Source: Candidatus Binatia bacterium (GTDB taxonomy: Bacteria; Desulfobacterota; Binatia; HRBIN30). Taken from it: a stretch of DNA of 64,000 nt. The notes beneath the pieces are model-generated. The model was not told where the DNA came from. It saw only the letters and a program-made list of their open reading frames with translations, and searched no databases. Positions 48,162-59,360 of the stretch are shown here, piece by piece. How positions within the stretch are numbered: position 1 is the first letter of the stretch; each line of letters starts with the position of its first letter. Where the stretch lies: NCBI GenBank assembly GCA_026415395.1, contig JAOAHD010000003.1, positions 135,195 to 199,194 of the forward strand, given 5' to 3'. Both the position numbers and the translations under genes were made by a program.

Positions 48162-48820
48162 CACTGTTCCACTACATATTCGAACAGCAACCAAGCAACA
48201 ACCAGTGCTGCAATATCAAAACCTACCATTAGATGGAGCCAGGCCACGGCGTCGCCCAGTGCTTGGCCTTGCAAAGAACGCTGGGTGACTTCGACCCCAC
48301 CTAAGAAGAGCGGGACCACCAGCGGTAATAACAGAAGTGGCAGCATGATTTCCCGGGCACGGGTGCGAATCGAAACCGCGGAGAAGATCGTGCCTAATGC
48401 GGATAGCCCTAAGGCGGCGAGCCCCGTGGCAACAAACCACGGCCAACAAGCGGCAGTAAGTTCGACGTCAAACAATACCACAAACAAGACAATCAGGGTC
48501 GCCGCCGCCACCAAAAGGTATACGAGGGTCGAAGTAACCTTAGCCAGGTACAGAGTCCCCCGATCGAGTGGGCTGAGCAACAGCCCTTGCCAGGCGTCGT
48601 TTCGCTCATCGGGAGCGAATGCCCGACCAAATCCGTAAACTGCGGCGAACAAAAAGGCCACCCAAAATGCGCCCGGGGCAGCGCTCGTGCGTTGGGGTGA
48701 GGTTGGGTCGAACGCAAAGCTCAGCACGAGGAGAGTCAAAACCCCCATGAGTAAGACGGCGGCCAGTACCTCCCGCGTCCGCCACTCGAGCAGCAAATCC
48801 TTCTTAACGAGCTCCCACAT
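48161..48820 (-). CDS. ccmB: Heme exporter protein CcmB
   Basis: KDLLLEWR, LYLAK, REIMLPLLLLPLVVP. Confidence 0.92.
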   Translation of the reverse strand: MWELVKKDLLLEWRTREVLAAVLLMGVLTLLVLSFAFDPTSPQRTSAAPGAFWVAFLFAAVYGFGRAFAPDERNDAWQGLLLSPLDRGTLYLAKVTSTLVYLLVAAATLIVLFVVLFDVELTAACWPWFVATGLAALGLSALGTIFSAVSIRTRAREIMLPLLLLPLVVPLFLGGVEVTQRSLQGQALGDAVAWLHLMVGFDIAALVVAWLLFEYVVEQ

Positions 48821-48848
48821 TGGTGTACGCTCGAGACGCGTGTTCGCC

Positions 48849-49610
48849 TCACATCGCGGTACGCATCCACTGCTTGTACGCATTAACCAGGACCCGCGGC
48901 ATCGGGCCATCGTAAACGATACGGCCGGAGCGCAAGCAAATGACTCGTTGGCAAAAGGTTTCCGCCTGAGCGAAGTCGTGCGTCGACATCACCAACGTCC
49001 TCGCTTCACCCCTGCAGATGGTCCCCAAGTAACCCATCACTAGGTCGCGGCCCTCAGCATCGATTCCGGTTAACGGCTCGTCCAGCAGCAGTAGCTTTGG
49101 GTCGTGAATAAGCGCCCTTGCAAGTCCGGCGCGCTGCTCGAGCCCTCGCGAGAGGCTACCAACCGGGCGTTCTCGCCAGCCGATTAACCCAAGCTGCTCG
49201 CAAACTTCGGAAACCCTCTCGCGAGGCCTAGGAACACCATACAAACGCGCGTAGAGAGTGAGGTTCTCTCTTACGGTGAGCTGGGGATACAGGAGACTTG
49301 AGTGGCCCAGGTACCCAATTTGTCCACGAATCCAGCACGCCTGATCCCCAGGGGATTTTCCAAACAGCCGCAGAGTGCCCTCGCTAGGAGACCACAAGGT
49401 TGCAAAGAGTTTTAACAAGGTGCTCTTCCCCGCTCCGTTCGGGCCAACGAGCACTACCGCTTCCCCTCGGCGAATCTGGACATCCACCGAACGCAAAGCC
49501 CAATCATAGCCCAAGCGCTTTCCGAGCCCGCTCGATTGGACACAGGCTGATTGCTGAACACTGGAGTCCTGCGGCGAGCCCCGTTGCGCAAACGTCATGT
49601 GTCCATCCAC
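48849..49610 (-). CDS. ccmA: Heme ABC exporter ATP-binding protein CcmA
   Basis: GPNGAGKST, YLGH...LY.QLTVRENL, LSRGLEQR, LLLDEP; first gene of the ccm operon. Confidence 0.9.
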   Translation of the reverse strand: MDGHMTFAQRGSPQDSSVQQSACVQSSGLGKRLGYDWALRSVDVQIRRGEAVVLVGPNGAGKSTLLKLFATLWSPSEGTLRLFGKSPGDQACWIRGQIGYLGHSSLLYPQLTVRENLTLYARLYGVPRPRERVSEVCEQLGLIGWRERPVGSLSRGLEQRAGLARALIHDPKLLLLDEPLTGIDAEGRDLVMGYLGTICRGEARTLVMSTHDFAQAETFCQRVICLRSGRIVYDGPMPRVLVNAYKQWMRTAM

Positions 49611-49726
49611 CTCTCCAAGAACGGCAAAGCAAACATAAACCTCCGCCCACTGCTAGCGGTGCCTTGAACCTCTAGCAGGGCTGGGCTACGGGAATCGTGC
49701 TCGTCTTTCTTCTGGAAAGTTCCGCT

Positions 49727-50257
49727 GTGAAGCTTATTGTCCGCGACATTCAAGAGGAGCCACGCAGAGTCGTCTACGAGGAGCCAGTTGGTGCGCTGAA
49801 CGCGCTGCTGGCCGCTGGCGGAGTGTGCGATTTTGAGCTGCCGCGCAATGCGAGCGTGCGGCTAGATTATTACCGGGTCGGCGTCGAGGTCTTCCTGCAG
49901 GGGCACATCACGGGACAGGCGATTGGCCATTGTGCTCGGTGCCTCGAAAGTTACCCCTTTGAGTTCGGCACGGACTTTTCGTTGGTGTTGGTGCCTCGGG
50001 AGGATCTCCCGGTCAATATGGAACTCACTGAGGATGATCTCGATCTCGCCTATTATCAGGGCGAAGAGATTGACCTTGGCCCGATCGTCGATGAACACAT
50101 CATCCTCGCACTGCCCACGCGCCCGCTTTGCAATGAGGCGTGCCGAGGATTGTGCCCCACTTGTGGGGTGAACAGAAACATACATCCCTGCGCTTGCGAA
50201 ACTGAGCAGAGGGACCCACGGTGGGCGGCCCTTAGAGAAATTAAACTGACTCGTTAG
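49727..50257 (+). CDS. yceD: YceD/DUF177 family protein
   Basis: CARCL, LALPTRPLCNEACRGLCPTCG.N, DPRWAAL; directly upstream of rpmF. Confidence 0.92.
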   Translation: MKLIVRDIQEEPRRVVYEEPVGALNALLAAGGVCDFELPRNASVRLDYYRVGVEVFLQGHITGQAIGHCARCLESYPFEFGTDFSLVLVPREDLPVNMELTEDDLDLAYYQGEEIDLGPIVDEHIILALPTRPLCNEACRGLCPTCGVNRNIHPCACETEQRDPRWAALREIKLTR

Positions 50258-50325
50258 GCTGGCAACAGCTCGTCCTAGTAACAGTCGCAGAGCTTTGGCG
50301 GGGTGTATAGTGGAGGAGAATCACT

Positions 50326-50508
50326 ATGGCTGTACCAAAAAGAAAGACATCAAAGTCCAAGCGTAACAAGCGGCGCGCTCACGACGCCTTGGTGCCAGTG
50401 ACCGTCACCCTGTGCCCCGAGTGTGGAGAGCCAAAACTTCCGCACCGAGTTTGTGCGCACTGTGGGTCGTACCGAGGCCGGAAGGTCGTCAACATTGGCG
50501 TTGACTAA
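50326..50508 (+). CDS. rpmF: 50S ribosomal protein L32 (Zn-binding C+ form)
   Basis: [24 protein letters not shown]...HRVCAHCG.Y. Confidence 0.98.
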   Translation: MAVPKRKTSKSKRNKRRAHDALVPVTVTLCPECGEPKLPHRVCAHCGSYRGRKVVNIGVD

Positions 50509-51431
50509 TGAAGGCGATCTTACTCTTCCCCGGCCAAGGGTCACAGACCGTTGGCATGGGGAGAGCTCTTTACGAGCGTCACGCTTATGTAAGGGAGCTC
50601 TTTGCCGAGGCCGACGAAGTCCTGGGGTTTGGGCTCACGCGCCTTTGCCTGGAGGGGCCCGCGGACCAACTGACCCTCACCGCTAATGCTCAGCCGGCTT
50701 TGCTTTTAGTGAGCACGGCATACTGGTTTGTATTGCAGCGGGAGCACGGCATCCAGCCAGTTGCGGCTGCTGGGCACAGCTTGGGAGAGTTCAGTGCGCT
50801 GGTCGCGGCCGGGTCGCTCGTCTTTGCCGAGGCTTTGCGTTTGGTTCACGAACGGGGACGGGCCATGCAAGCCGCAGTTGCCCCAGGACGAGGTGCCATG
50901 GCGGCAATTTTCGGACTGGATGCGGATGCCCTGGCGGCTCTATGCCGCAAGCACTCGCAAGGTAGTGTGGTGTCGCCAGCGAATTTCAATGGCGCTGGGC
51001 AGATCGTGATTGCTGGTGAGAGACAGGCGGTGGGCCGGGTTGTCGCCGCAGCAAAAGAGGTAGGAGCCAAGCGGGCGGTTTTCCTTCAGGTAAGTGCTCC
51101 CTTCCATTGCGAGCTCATGGTACCGGCCGCGGCCCGCCTGGAGGAAGTCCTTTCTGAGACAAAAATTTGCCCGACAGTCTTTCCCGTGCTGTCGAACGTT
51201 ACCGCGGAGCCATACCCGTCCGACGTATCGGAAATGCGACAGTTGTTGGTGCGGCAAGTAACGGCGCCAGTTCAGTGGGAACGGTGTGTCCGCTCGCTGG
51301 TCGAGTATTCGTGCGGCACAGCCATCGAGGTTGGGCCAGGGAGAGTTTTGACGAATCTTGCGAAAAGAATGGTTGCGCACTGGAACTGCCTTTCGGCGGA
51401 TGATCTCGACGGACTTCGGGGGATGCCGTGA
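50508..51431 (+). CDS. fabD: Malonyl-CoA:ACP transacylase
   Basis: FPGQGSQ, AQPA, GHSLGE, VSAPFH, EVGPG. Confidence 0.96.
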   Translation: MKAILLFPGQGSQTVGMGRALYERHAYVRELFAEADEVLGFGLTRLCLEGPADQLTLTANAQPALLLVSTAYWFVLQREHGIQPVAAAGHSLGEFSALVAAGSLVFAEALRLVHERGRAMQAAVAPGRGAMAAIFGLDADALAALCRKHSQGSVVSPANFNGAGQIVIAGERQAVGRVVAAAKEVGAKRAVFLQVSAPFHCELMVPAAARLEEVLSETKICPTVFPVLSNVTAEPYPSDVSEMRQLLVRQVTAPVQWERCVRSLVEYSCGTAIEVGPGRVLTNLAKRMVAHWNCLSADDLDGLRGMP

Positions 51432-52177
51432 GTGGGGAGCTTGCTGGGCAGGTGGCTTTAGTGACGGGTGGCTCGCGTGGGATTGGCCGGGCCATTGCGA
51501 CTAGGTTGGCCAGAGCCGGAGCGCGGGTCGTCGTAAATTACTTGCAAAACCAAGAGGCCGCATTGGCCACCGTTCAGGCAATTTCCGCTGAGGGTGGAGA
51601 AGCTGAGGCGATTGCTTTTGATGTGAGCGATGCGCAAGCTGTGCAAGGTGCCGTCAAAGAAGTGGTCGGCCGTCACGGCCGCATTGATATTCTGGTGAAC
51701 AACGCTGGCGGCACATCGGATCAACTTCTTTTACGGTTGAACGAAGAGGAGTGGGATCGCGTTTTGCGGGTCAATCTGACCGGCACCTTCTTGTGCACCA
51801 AAGCCGTTCTTCGTTCGATGTTGCGTTCTCGCTACGGCCGTATCGTGAACATCAGTTCGGTGGCGGGCCATTTGGGAAACATCGGGCAGACCGCCTACTC
51901 TGCTGCGAAGGCGGGTATCGAGGGATTCTCACGATCGTTGGCGAGGGAAGTGGCGACCCGGAACATTACGGTAAATGTCGTCGCCCCAGGGTTCATTGCA
52001 ACGGAAATGGTCGACAGACTCCCCGAGGAGCTAAAGCAGGTGTACCTTCAGTTGATCCCGATGGAGCGTTGGGGCAAACCTGAAGAGGTTGCAGAGACAG
52101 TCCTGTTTCTAGTACAGCCTGCGGCAGCGTACATTACCGGCCAAGTGATCGGTGTGAATGGCGGACTGTACATGTGA
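51428..52177 (+). CDS. fabG: 3-oxoacyl-ACP reductase
   Basis: [34 protein letters not shown]. Confidence 0.95.
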   Translation: MSGELAGQVALVTGGSRGIGRAIATRLARAGARVVVNYLQNQEAALATVQAISAEGGEAEAIAFDVSDAQAVQGAVKEVVGRHGRIDILVNNAGGTSDQLLLRLNEEEWDRVLRVNLTGTFLCTKAVLRSMLRSRYGRIVNISSVAGHLGNIGQTAYSAAKAGIEGFSRSLAREVATRNITVNVVAPGFIATEMVDRLPEELKQVYLQLIPMERWGKPEEVAETVLFLVQPAAAYITGQVIGVNGGLYM

Positions 52178-52264
52178 CCGATTGTAGAGAACGCAAGCTA
52201 CGTTTTTGCCCGAGCAAGTGGTCGCACAGGGCCCTGGGCCTGCATCCCTGATAGGAGGTTGATC

Positions 52265-52513
52265 ATGGCGTCATCGGTCGAAGCAAAGGTAAAGGAGATC
52301 ATTGCCGAGCAGCTTGGAGTCAGTGAGGATGAGGTGACCCCCTCGGCATCGTTTATCGAGGATTTAGGTGCTGACTCGCTCGATATCGTCGAGCTGATCA
52401 TGGCCCTCGAGGAGGAATACGATTTGGAGATCAGTGACGAGGAGGCGGAAAAGATTCGTACTGTCCAAGATGTGATCGATTACATTGAGTCCCACAAGCA
52501 AAGCGCACGATGA
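52265..52513 (+). CDS. acpP: Acyl carrier protein
   Basis: [12 protein letters not shown] phosphopantetheine site; AGGAGG RBS. Confidence 0.97.
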   Translation: MASSVEAKVKEIIAEQLGVSEDEVTPSASFIEDLGADSLDIVELIMALEEEYDLEISDEEAEKIRTVQDVIDYIESHKQSAR

Positions 52514-53760
52514 GCGAACTCGCTCGGACCGACCCCGAGATTTATCGCATCTTGCGGCTGGAGGCCCAGCGACAGGAGTACAACCTGGAGCTGATTGCTT
52601 CCGAAAACATTGTGAGCCGTAGCGTCCTCGAGGCGCAGGGCTCCATCCTGACGAACAAGTACGCTGAAGGCTACCCGGGCAAGCGGTACTATGGGGGTTG
52701 CGAGTACGTGGACATGGCCGAGCAACTAGCCATTGATCGTGCCAAGCTCCTTTTTGGTGCAGACTATGTGAACGTGCAGCCGCACTCTGGGTCGCAGGCG
52801 AACATGGCTGTGTACTTTTCGCAGCTGGAGCCTGGGGACACGATCCTAGCGATGGACCTGACGCACGGGGGGCATTTAACCCACGGAAGCCCGGTCAACT
52901 TTTCTGGCAAGTTTTTCAAGGTGATCCCGTACGGGGTTCGGCGGGACGATGAGCGCATCGACTACGAACAAGTCGCTGCGCTTGCCCGTGAACATCGACC
53001 GCGGATGATTGTCGTGGGTTACAGTGCCTATCCACGCGAGATCGATTTCGCCAAATTTCGCGCCATTGCCGACGACGTAGGCGCGACAGTGATGGCGGAC
53101 ATCGCGCACTTTGCAGGTTTGGTTGCGGCAGGCATTCATCCCTCTCCGATTCCCTACTGTGAATTTGTGACCACCACGACGCACAAAACACTGCGAGGCC
53201 CCCGTGGCGGTATGATCATGTGTAAAGAGCCGTATGCGAAAAGCATCGCCTCGTCAGTGTTCCCAGGAAATCAAGGTGGGCCTCTCATGCACGTGATCGC
53301 GGCCAAAGCAGTAGCGTTCCAGGAGGCACTGCAACCGGAATTTAAGGCTTACCAACGACAAGTGGTGGCGAATGCAAAGGCGTTGTGCCGGGCGTTACAG
53401 GCGCGGGGATTTCGGGCAGTGTCAGGCGGCACCGATAACCATTTGATGCTCATTGATCTTCGGCCATCGGAGCTCACGGGTAAAGTGGCGCAAGAAACGC
53501 TCGACCGAGCCCACATTACGGTCAACAAGAATACCGTGCCCTTCGAAACCCGATCTCCATTTGTGACCAGTGGTATTCGCATTGGCACCCCCGCGGTGAC
53601 GACCCGGGGCATGAAAGAAGGCGAGATGGAGATCATCGCCGATTTTATTACACGCGCGCTGCAGAACGTGGGAAACGATAAGGTCTTACAGTCTATTGCC
53701 GACGACGTGGTCTCTCTCTGCAAGAAATTCCCGATCGGCTACGAGCAGTTGTTTGGATGA
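52510..53760 (+). CDS. glyA: Serine hydroxymethyltransferase
   Basis: [44 protein letters not shown]. Confidence 0.98.
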   Translation: MSELARTDPEIYRILRLEAQRQEYNLELIASENIVSRSVLEAQGSILTNKYAEGYPGKRYYGGCEYVDMAEQLAIDRAKLLFGADYVNVQPHSGSQANMAVYFSQLEPGDTILAMDLTHGGHLTHGSPVNFSGKFFKVIPYGVRRDDERIDYEQVAALAREHRPRMIVVGYSAYPREIDFAKFRAIADDVGATVMADIAHFAGLVAAGIHPSPIPYCEFVTTTTHKTLRGPRGGMIMCKEPYAKSIASSVFPGNQGGPLMHVIAAKAVAFQEALQPEFKAYQRQVVANAKALCRALQARGFRAVSGGTDNHLMLIDLRPSELTGKVAQETLDRAHITVNKNTVPFETRSPFVTSGIRIGTPAVTTRGMKEGEMEIIADFITRALQNVGNDKVLQSIADDVVSLCKKFPIGYEQLFG

Positions 53761-54173
53761 GCCGGCAAGCGACGGTTTCTGCAATAGCAGGCGTTCTCTT
53801 TGCTTCGGTTCCAACTCTGAGCTTGCGGCCGAACGTGTGTTGGGCGCATGCTCGTCTGTTGCGTTCGGAACCTGTCAATCGCGAAGTGCTGCGGAGCTCA
53901 CCGCCGATGATTCGCTTGTGGTTTAACGAGCTGCTCGATCGCGGCTTTCACTCAATCGAAGTATTTGTCGCTTCGGAGCTCAAGGCAAAACGCCGGCGCA
54001 ACCTGGCATCCGGTTCCCCAGAGGTGAATCCAGACGATCGTACGGAGCTGCGTGTTCGCATCCCGGAGTTGTCTCCTGGAGAGTACGTGGTCGAGTACCG
54101 GGTGCTGTCGCGTGACGGTCATAGCGCCCCGGGGCGAATCACTTTTGAAATTCGGGCCCCGGAGGAGCCGTAG
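53757..54173 (+). CDS. copC: Periplasmic copper-binding protein CopC
   Basis: Signal peptide ending CWA|H (His1), [12 protein letters not shown]. Confidence 0.88.
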   Translation: MSRQATVSAIAGVLFASVPTLSLRPNVCWAHARLLRSEPVNREVLRSSPPMIRLWFNELLDRGFHSIEVFVASELKAKRRRNLASGSPEVNPDDRTELRVRIPELSPGEYVVEYRVLSRDGHSAPGRITFEIRAPEEP

Positions 54174-54197
54174 ATTGTTCGGTCGGGTTCGGATCCC

Positions 54198-55817
54198 GTG
54201 GAACATTCGCTGCTCCATGGTTTGCAGCTTCTCGGTCTGATCGTCGTGGGTGGAACCTTTTGGTTCCTCCTCCTTGCATTTCTCGCGGGGATAACGTCCG
54301 AAAGGCGTGAGGCGGTGGACCTCGCTTGCTTGTGGGGGCGGCGCGCAAGCTGGACTGCTGGGCTCGCTGCCCTTGCGGACCTTTTTGTGCAAGTAGCCGA
54401 AGTGAAGGGGCGTACGGTGTTCGGCGGAGTGGATCCGACGTTGGTAGCGTCGTTCGTCGCTTCGACGACCGTAGGACAAATGGGTTTTGCACGGGCAATT
54501 CTTCTGCTGCTGTGCGGTCTAGCTTTGGCGATTCCGCTGCGAACCCCGGGGGTTCTCACTGCCCTGCCCTTCTATGTAGTGTCGGCGACACTCGCGGCTG
54601 CGGTGAGCCATGCGGGGGCGCAGCCAGAGAAAACCATCCTGGCCGTGGCATTGCACTTAGCCCACATCATGGCACTGTCTGCTTGGATTGGCGTTCTTTT
54701 GCACCTTTGGCTAGGCCGCCGACAATGGATCGAACCTGACACTGGTGACGCTGCTGCACGATGGGTCAGGCTGCTTGCGTGGTTTTCCCCAGTTGCGGGG
54801 TCTTCTGCTGCTCTCGTTTTCGTCACAGGCGTGCTCGCGGCTGTTCGTTTTGTACCCTCACTGCGGGATCTGTTTGTCTCCGCTTACGGGCTCACCCTGC
54901 TTTTGAAGCTGGTTCTCGTGGCGGTGGTCGGAGTTGCCGGCGCGTATAACTTTTTGGTCGCAGTGCCTCGCCTGAAACAAGCAGCGCGAGAATTTACCGC
55001 GGTTGCCTGGTTTTCCGCGACGCGGCGATTTCACCGCAGCTTGGAGTTGGAGGCGACAGCCGCCTTTCTCGTGGTCATCGTGGCCGGGATTGTCGGTTCC
55101 ATTTCTCCCCCAGGAGCGGATGGCTCAGTAACCCTTAGCCGCGAACAGGTGGCTGTTTTGATGACTCCGAAGCTCCCCTCAACATCCTTCGTGGACCCCA
55201 CGCTTTTTGTCGGCGATTGGGAGCGGAACCGCTTCGATCTTTTGTACTCCGAGTTCATGCATAATTGGTCGGGCTTAGGGGTAACGTTGATGGCCACGTT
55301 GTGGCTGCTTCAGGCCGCGGGTGGTCGAGTCGAAATGGTCGCCTCGAAGGTCTGGCCTGCTTTCCTCGTGCCTTTTGCTCTCTTCATCGCAATCTTCGCT
55401 GATCCGGAGGTATTTCTGTTGCGTCAGGTGAAGTTTCGAGAGGCACTGAGCGACCCCGTGGTGTTGGAACATCAAGCGGGTGCGATCATGGTGTTGGCTC
55501 TGGCGTGGCTCGGGTGGCGTGACCGTTATCGACCCGCCTCGCAGCGGCCGCTCGGCCCCGGACTGCCGATTTTGATGATCGTGGGAAGCGTGTTGCTACT
55601 CGGGCACGCACACGCGTCGGTACGGTCCACCCAGGAGTTGACCAACATCATCAATGTCCAACACGCCGTCTTCGGTACACTTGGCTTGCTGGCCGGCGTG
55701 ACACGGTGGCTGATGCTCCGCGGTATCATCCCTTCGGCAGCGGCACGATTTCTCTGGCCCGTCTTGGTGATGCTGCTAGGCCTCTTTATGACGTTTTTCT
55801 ACCGCGAGGTACTTTGA
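54198..55817 (+). CDS. copD: CopD-family membrane protein fused to a His-rich multi-TM C-terminal domain
   Basis: SHA, HLAH...WIGVL, FS, TG, SAYG..LLLKL CopD motifs, then ~230 further aa with 5 His in hydrophobic helices. Confidence 0.82.
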   Translation: MEHSLLHGLQLLGLIVVGGTFWFLLLAFLAGITSERREAVDLACLWGRRASWTAGLAALADLFVQVAEVKGRTVFGGVDPTLVASFVASTTVGQMGFARAILLLLCGLALAIPLRTPGVLTALPFYVVSATLAAAVSHAGAQPEKTILAVALHLAHIMALSAWIGVLLHLWLGRRQWIEPDTGDAAARWVRLLAWFSPVAGSSAALVFVTGVLAAVRFVPSLRDLFVSAYGLTLLLKLVLVAVVGVAGAYNFLVAVPRLKQAAREFTAVAWFSATRRFHRSLELEATAAFLVVIVAGIVGSISPPGADGSVTLSREQVAVLMTPKLPSTSFVDPTLFVGDWERNRFDLLYSEFMHNWSGLGVTLMATLWLLQAAGGRVEMVASKVWPAFLVPFALFIAIFADPEVFLLRQVKFREALSDPVVLEHQAGAIMVLALAWLGWRDRYRPASQRPLGPGLPILMIVGSVLLLGHAHASVRSTQELTNIINVQHAVFGTLGLLAGVTRWLMLRGIIPSAAARFLWPVLVMLLGLFMTFFYREVL

Positions 55818-57172
55818 GAGGGTGTTGGCTCGCTCTGCTGCTGCCGGCGGGCGGATAAGACCTTTTGGAGATTTTTTACCTCCTCTGGTCCCCACCGGAT
55901 ACGGCGCATCGTCACGAGCCCGAATGCGTGGGATGCAGCCTGCAATGGTCCAACCACCCAAAGAAGTTTCCAGGCCTCCACAGGGCTGAGGGGATCGCCG
56001 TTCCCGCCTCCGAGGATTGAAAGCAGTCCGCCGCCCAAGAGAGCGCCGAGCGCTCCCATTGTCTTCAAGCCTAGGGTCCAAATACCAAAGTATGCGCCTT
56101 CGCGACGCTCTCCGGTGTGCCACTCGTCAATGTCGATAATGTCGATCGCACTAGACATTGCTAATGTGATCGAGCCCATCGAGACGCCTCCCGCCGCGGC
56201 CAAAACGAGCATGGCACCGAGATTTCCCGGGGGTACGAGAAACCAGCCCCATGGCACCAGACAACCGAGACCGAGGCCAAAGAGCAGCGCTTGGTGTTTA
56301 CCGACTGCTTGGGACAACCCGCGCCACAAGGGGAACGAGCAGACGAACGCCAATCCGAACGTTAGCGCAATCGCCGGAAAAGAATCATAAAGTCCGAGCC
56401 AGTACTTGATCACGAATAGCTGGACCGCGTTCCCTAAGGATGCAGCCAGGGTCATCGCACAGAACACCGCGAAGATGCGCTGGAAGTCCACGTTTGCCAT
56501 TGTGCGCCGCAAGCCCATCCAAAAGTGCGTCCAGCTCGGTGACGGAGACGATGCACCCTTGGTTTCGCGCACGCCAAGGCCAGCAGCGAGGCCGCTCCCG
56601 GCCATGATGCAGCCGAGAGCTGCTGCCGCAACGGCAAAGCCGGTGCGTGCAGTTTCAAAGTGCCCCGCGATGGCGACCGGTAGAGCGGACCCCGCGAGCC
56701 CGCCGACTACGCCAAACAAGGCTCTCACCTGCACCACCGTTGTTCGTTCGTGATAGTCGTCCGTTAGTTCGGCGCTCCACGCCAGGTACGGCGTGGCGTA
56801 AAGGGTGAACACGGTCATTAAACCAACGTAAGCACAAACTAAGTAGACAAACACAGCGCCTTCCGACCACTGGGGAGGAGCGAAGAGAAAGTAGAAGCCG
56901 AGCGCGATGGGAATACTTGCGCCCACCACAAACGGGCGCCTTCTTCCCCAACGGGAGCGCCAAGTATCTGAAAGGTAGCCGACGATTGGGTCGGTAATGG
57001 CATCCCAAAACCTTCCCAAGAACAGTGCGGTGCCCACCAGGAACGGGGTGACCTGCACGATATCGACGTAGAAAAAGAGCAAGAACTGGCTGAGAGCCGC
57101 GTTTTTCGTGCTGACGGCTACCTCGCCAATTCCGTAGAGGAGTTTTGTGGGCCAGGATAAGCGCGCGCTCAC
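55799..57172 (-). CDS. MFS transporter, glycoside-pentoside-hexuronide (MelB-like) family
   Basis: WDAITDPIVGYLSD..RSRWGRRRPF, PY.A..AELT.DY.ER, GERREGAYFG. Confidence 0.92.
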   Translation of the reverse strand: MSARLSWPTKLLYGIGEVAVSTKNAALSQFLLFFYVDIVQVTPFLVGTALFLGRFWDAITDPIVGYLSDTWRSRWGRRRPFVVGASIPIALGFYFLFAPPQWSEGAVFVYLVCAYVGLMTVFTLYATPYLAWSAELTDDYHERTTVVQVRALFGVVGGLAGSALPVAIAGHFETARTGFAVAAAALGCIMAGSGLAAGLGVRETKGASSPSPSWTHFWMGLRRTMANVDFQRIFAVFCAMTLAASLGNAVQLFVIKYWLGLYDSFPAIALTFGLAFVCSFPLWRGLSQAVGKHQALLFGLGLGCLVPWGWFLVPPGNLGAMLVLAAAGGVSMGSITLAMSSAIDIIDIDEWHTGERREGAYFGIWTLGLKTMGALGALLGGGLLSILGGGNGDPLSPVEAWKLLWVVGPLQAASHAFGLVTMRRIRWGPEEVKNLQKVLSARRQQQSEPTPSQSTSR

Positions 57173-57590
57173 GGTCGAACCTCAATTGCTAGCCTGCGAC
57201 TCGCAGGGCGCCAAGCAGTCTTCCGATCGCCGGTCGGAATTCGCGGGCATTCCGCTCCTTTTAAATGGCTGCTGGACAGATATCCTCGCCGCGTTTGGCG
57301 CACCGGTCCACCCGCCTCCGTAGCTTCCGTTCGGAGTTAGGAATCAGGCTACATTCCCGGTCTAGTTATGCGCTCTATTCGCCGCTGAGCCTCGACAACT
57401 ATACCTTCACCAACTGACACCTAACGTTGCTTCTGGTAAAAGCGTCGTGGGGGCTGACGGTGCGCAACGCTTGTTCAGGTCGTTCTGACGGGATAAACGG
57501 ACAGTCAGTTCCGCAGTAAATGCACCGCAGTGAGGAGCTCGCGTAGGGGCAACGGACAGTCCAAATTCGTCTGAAGGGGACGAAGCCAGA

Positions 57591-59357
57591 ATGCAGGGAC
57601 CGTTAGGGCGCGCAACCGTAGCAGCGGCCGGCCAAACGCTTGCGTTGGGACGGGGGCTGGTTGCGGCTCTTCGAGGGGAAGGTGCGGCAGAGCGCTACGC
57701 GCAGGCGCAGGCCTCTGCCATGCAGAGCGCGGTGCCGTCAATCGCACGGGCTGTCTTGGTCATCATGTGTGGGTACGTCGTCGCCCAATTGTGGTTCCGG
57801 CCTGCGCAGGTGTGGGCGGCTTGGCCGGCGTACGTGGTTCAAATCGCAACGGCGGCTTTGCTGCTAGTGGGGATGAGGTCGACCTGGCTTCGGCATCGTG
57901 CCGAGACTGCGTTTGCCGTTGGCGAGTTCGCCTTTACTACCAGTCTCGTGCTGCAGCTTTTGAGCCCTGAGACGGCACCCGCCGGCATTGCTGGCTTCAT
58001 CGCAATCAAGTTGATGGCGACCGCTTTGTTTGTGCCCTGGCGTGCCCGCCGCCAGTACTTGTCGGTGGCTTACACACTGGCAATTTACGGATTGGCATTG
58101 GCGGCGGCGCCCCACCTCGCAAACGAAGACAAGAAGTTGCACCTAGTGGCCGTGCCCGTTATCGCGGGTCTCTTGTCGGCTCTGGGGACTGCGCGTGCCG
58201 TGGGATTGCGGCGGACATTGCTGGACCAGACAGCGGAGCGGGAAACGGCAGTGGCGCGCCTTCAGCTCGTGCTCGATTCGATGCCTGTTGGATGCATCAT
58301 CAGCGACGCGAGTCTCCGGTATGTCTATTGGAATCGGGCCGCCGAAGATATCTTCGGTTACAAGGTGGACGAGGTGGTGGGCAAAAGCGCCGTTGATGTG
58401 ATCACGCCGCCCCATCTGCGGGAATTGTCAGTTCGCGGTTTTGAAGAGCTAGCCCGCGAGGACCATATGCTCGGGCCTATGCGTTTGGAAAACGTGACCA
58501 AGGATGGGCGTACGATCGTATGCGAGTGGAGCGCGGTTGCACTCCGCAATCCCGATGGGTCGTTTGGTGGAATGTTGTCCATGTGCCAGGATGTTACTGA
58601 GAAGCACCGCGATGAGGAGGCAAGGCGAGAACTGATCGCGCAATTGCAAGAGTCAGATCGAGTTCGGGCGGCGTTTGTTGCCACGTTGTCGCATGAACTC
58701 CGTAGCCCCATCAATGTGATTCTTGGCTATCATGACTTATTACTAGAGGGCGTGTTTGGCCCCATCAGTAGCGAGCAAAGAGAAGTGATCGACCGAGTGG
58801 GACAAGCAGCGCGACAGCTTCTCGAGTTAGTGACGTCGACACTCGAGGTTAGCCGAGTCCAGGCCGGGCGCAGTGCACTGAACTTACAGTTAATCCATCC
58901 GGCGGCTCTTCTCGAGCAAATTCGCTTGGAAACTCGCGAAATGCAGGAGAAAGAAGGCGTGGAGGTCCAATGGCAGGTGCCGGAAGGTCTTCCGCCAATT
59001 TACAGTGATGCGGCGAAGCTGAAGGTGATTGTGAGGAACCTATTGTCCAATGCTTTGAAATACACGGATGAGGGTGTCGTGCGGATCAGGGCTGGAGAAG
59101 CTACGCGCGGGTTGGAAATCGAAGTTTCTGACACGGGGTATGGCATCCCACCAGATGCCCTACCCCACATTTTCGAGCCCTTCCGACAGTTCCATACACA
59201 CACTGGTAGTGCAGGGGCCGGCTTGGGGTTGTACTTGGTGCGTTTATTTGCTGATCTGATCGGCGCTCAGCTCAGCGTCCAGAGTGAAGTGGGTAAGGGA
59301 ACCACGTTCACAGTATCGATCCCATTGCAACCGCCAGGGACTTTGGTGCGACCGTGA
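57591..59357 (+). CDS. Membrane-bound PAS-domain sensor histidine kinase
   Basis: TM region, PAS WNRAAEDIFGY...TKDG, H-box ATLSHELRSPIN, NLLSNALKYT, DTGYGI, GLGL. Confidence 0.93.
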   Translation: MQGPLGRATVAAAGQTLALGRGLVAALRGEGAAERYAQAQASAMQSAVPSIARAVLVIMCGYVVAQLWFRPAQVWAAWPAYVVQIATAALLLVGMRSTWLRHRAETAFAVGEFAFTTSLVLQLLSPETAPAGIAGFIAIKLMATALFVPWRARRQYLSVAYTLAIYGLALAAAPHLANEDKKLHLVAVPVIAGLLSALGTARAVGLRRTLLDQTAERETAVARLQLVLDSMPVGCIISDASLRYVYWNRAAEDIFGYKVDEVVGKSAVDVITPPHLRELSVRGFEELAREDHMLGPMRLENVTKDGRTIVCEWSAVALRNPDGSFGGMLSMCQDVTEKHRDEEARRELIAQLQESDRVRAAFVATLSHELRSPINVILGYHDLLLEGVFGPISSEQREVIDRVGQAARQLLELVTSTLEVSRVQAGRSALNLQLIHPAALLEQIRLETREMQEKEGVEVQWQVPEGLPPIYSDAAKLKVIVRNLLSNALKYTDEGVVRIRAGEATRGLEIEVSDTGYGIPPDALPHIFEPFRQFHTHTGSAGAGLGLYLVRLFADLIGAQLSVQSEVGKGTTFTVSIPLQPPGTLVRP

Positions 59358-59360
59358 ATC

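Noticed and set aside
57173..57590. Riboswitch or ncRNA in the 418-bp divergent gap (palindrome CCTGCGA-C-TCGCAGG at 57193-57207)
   Set aside because: No recognisable aptamer consensus; a single GC-rich palindrome is insufficient
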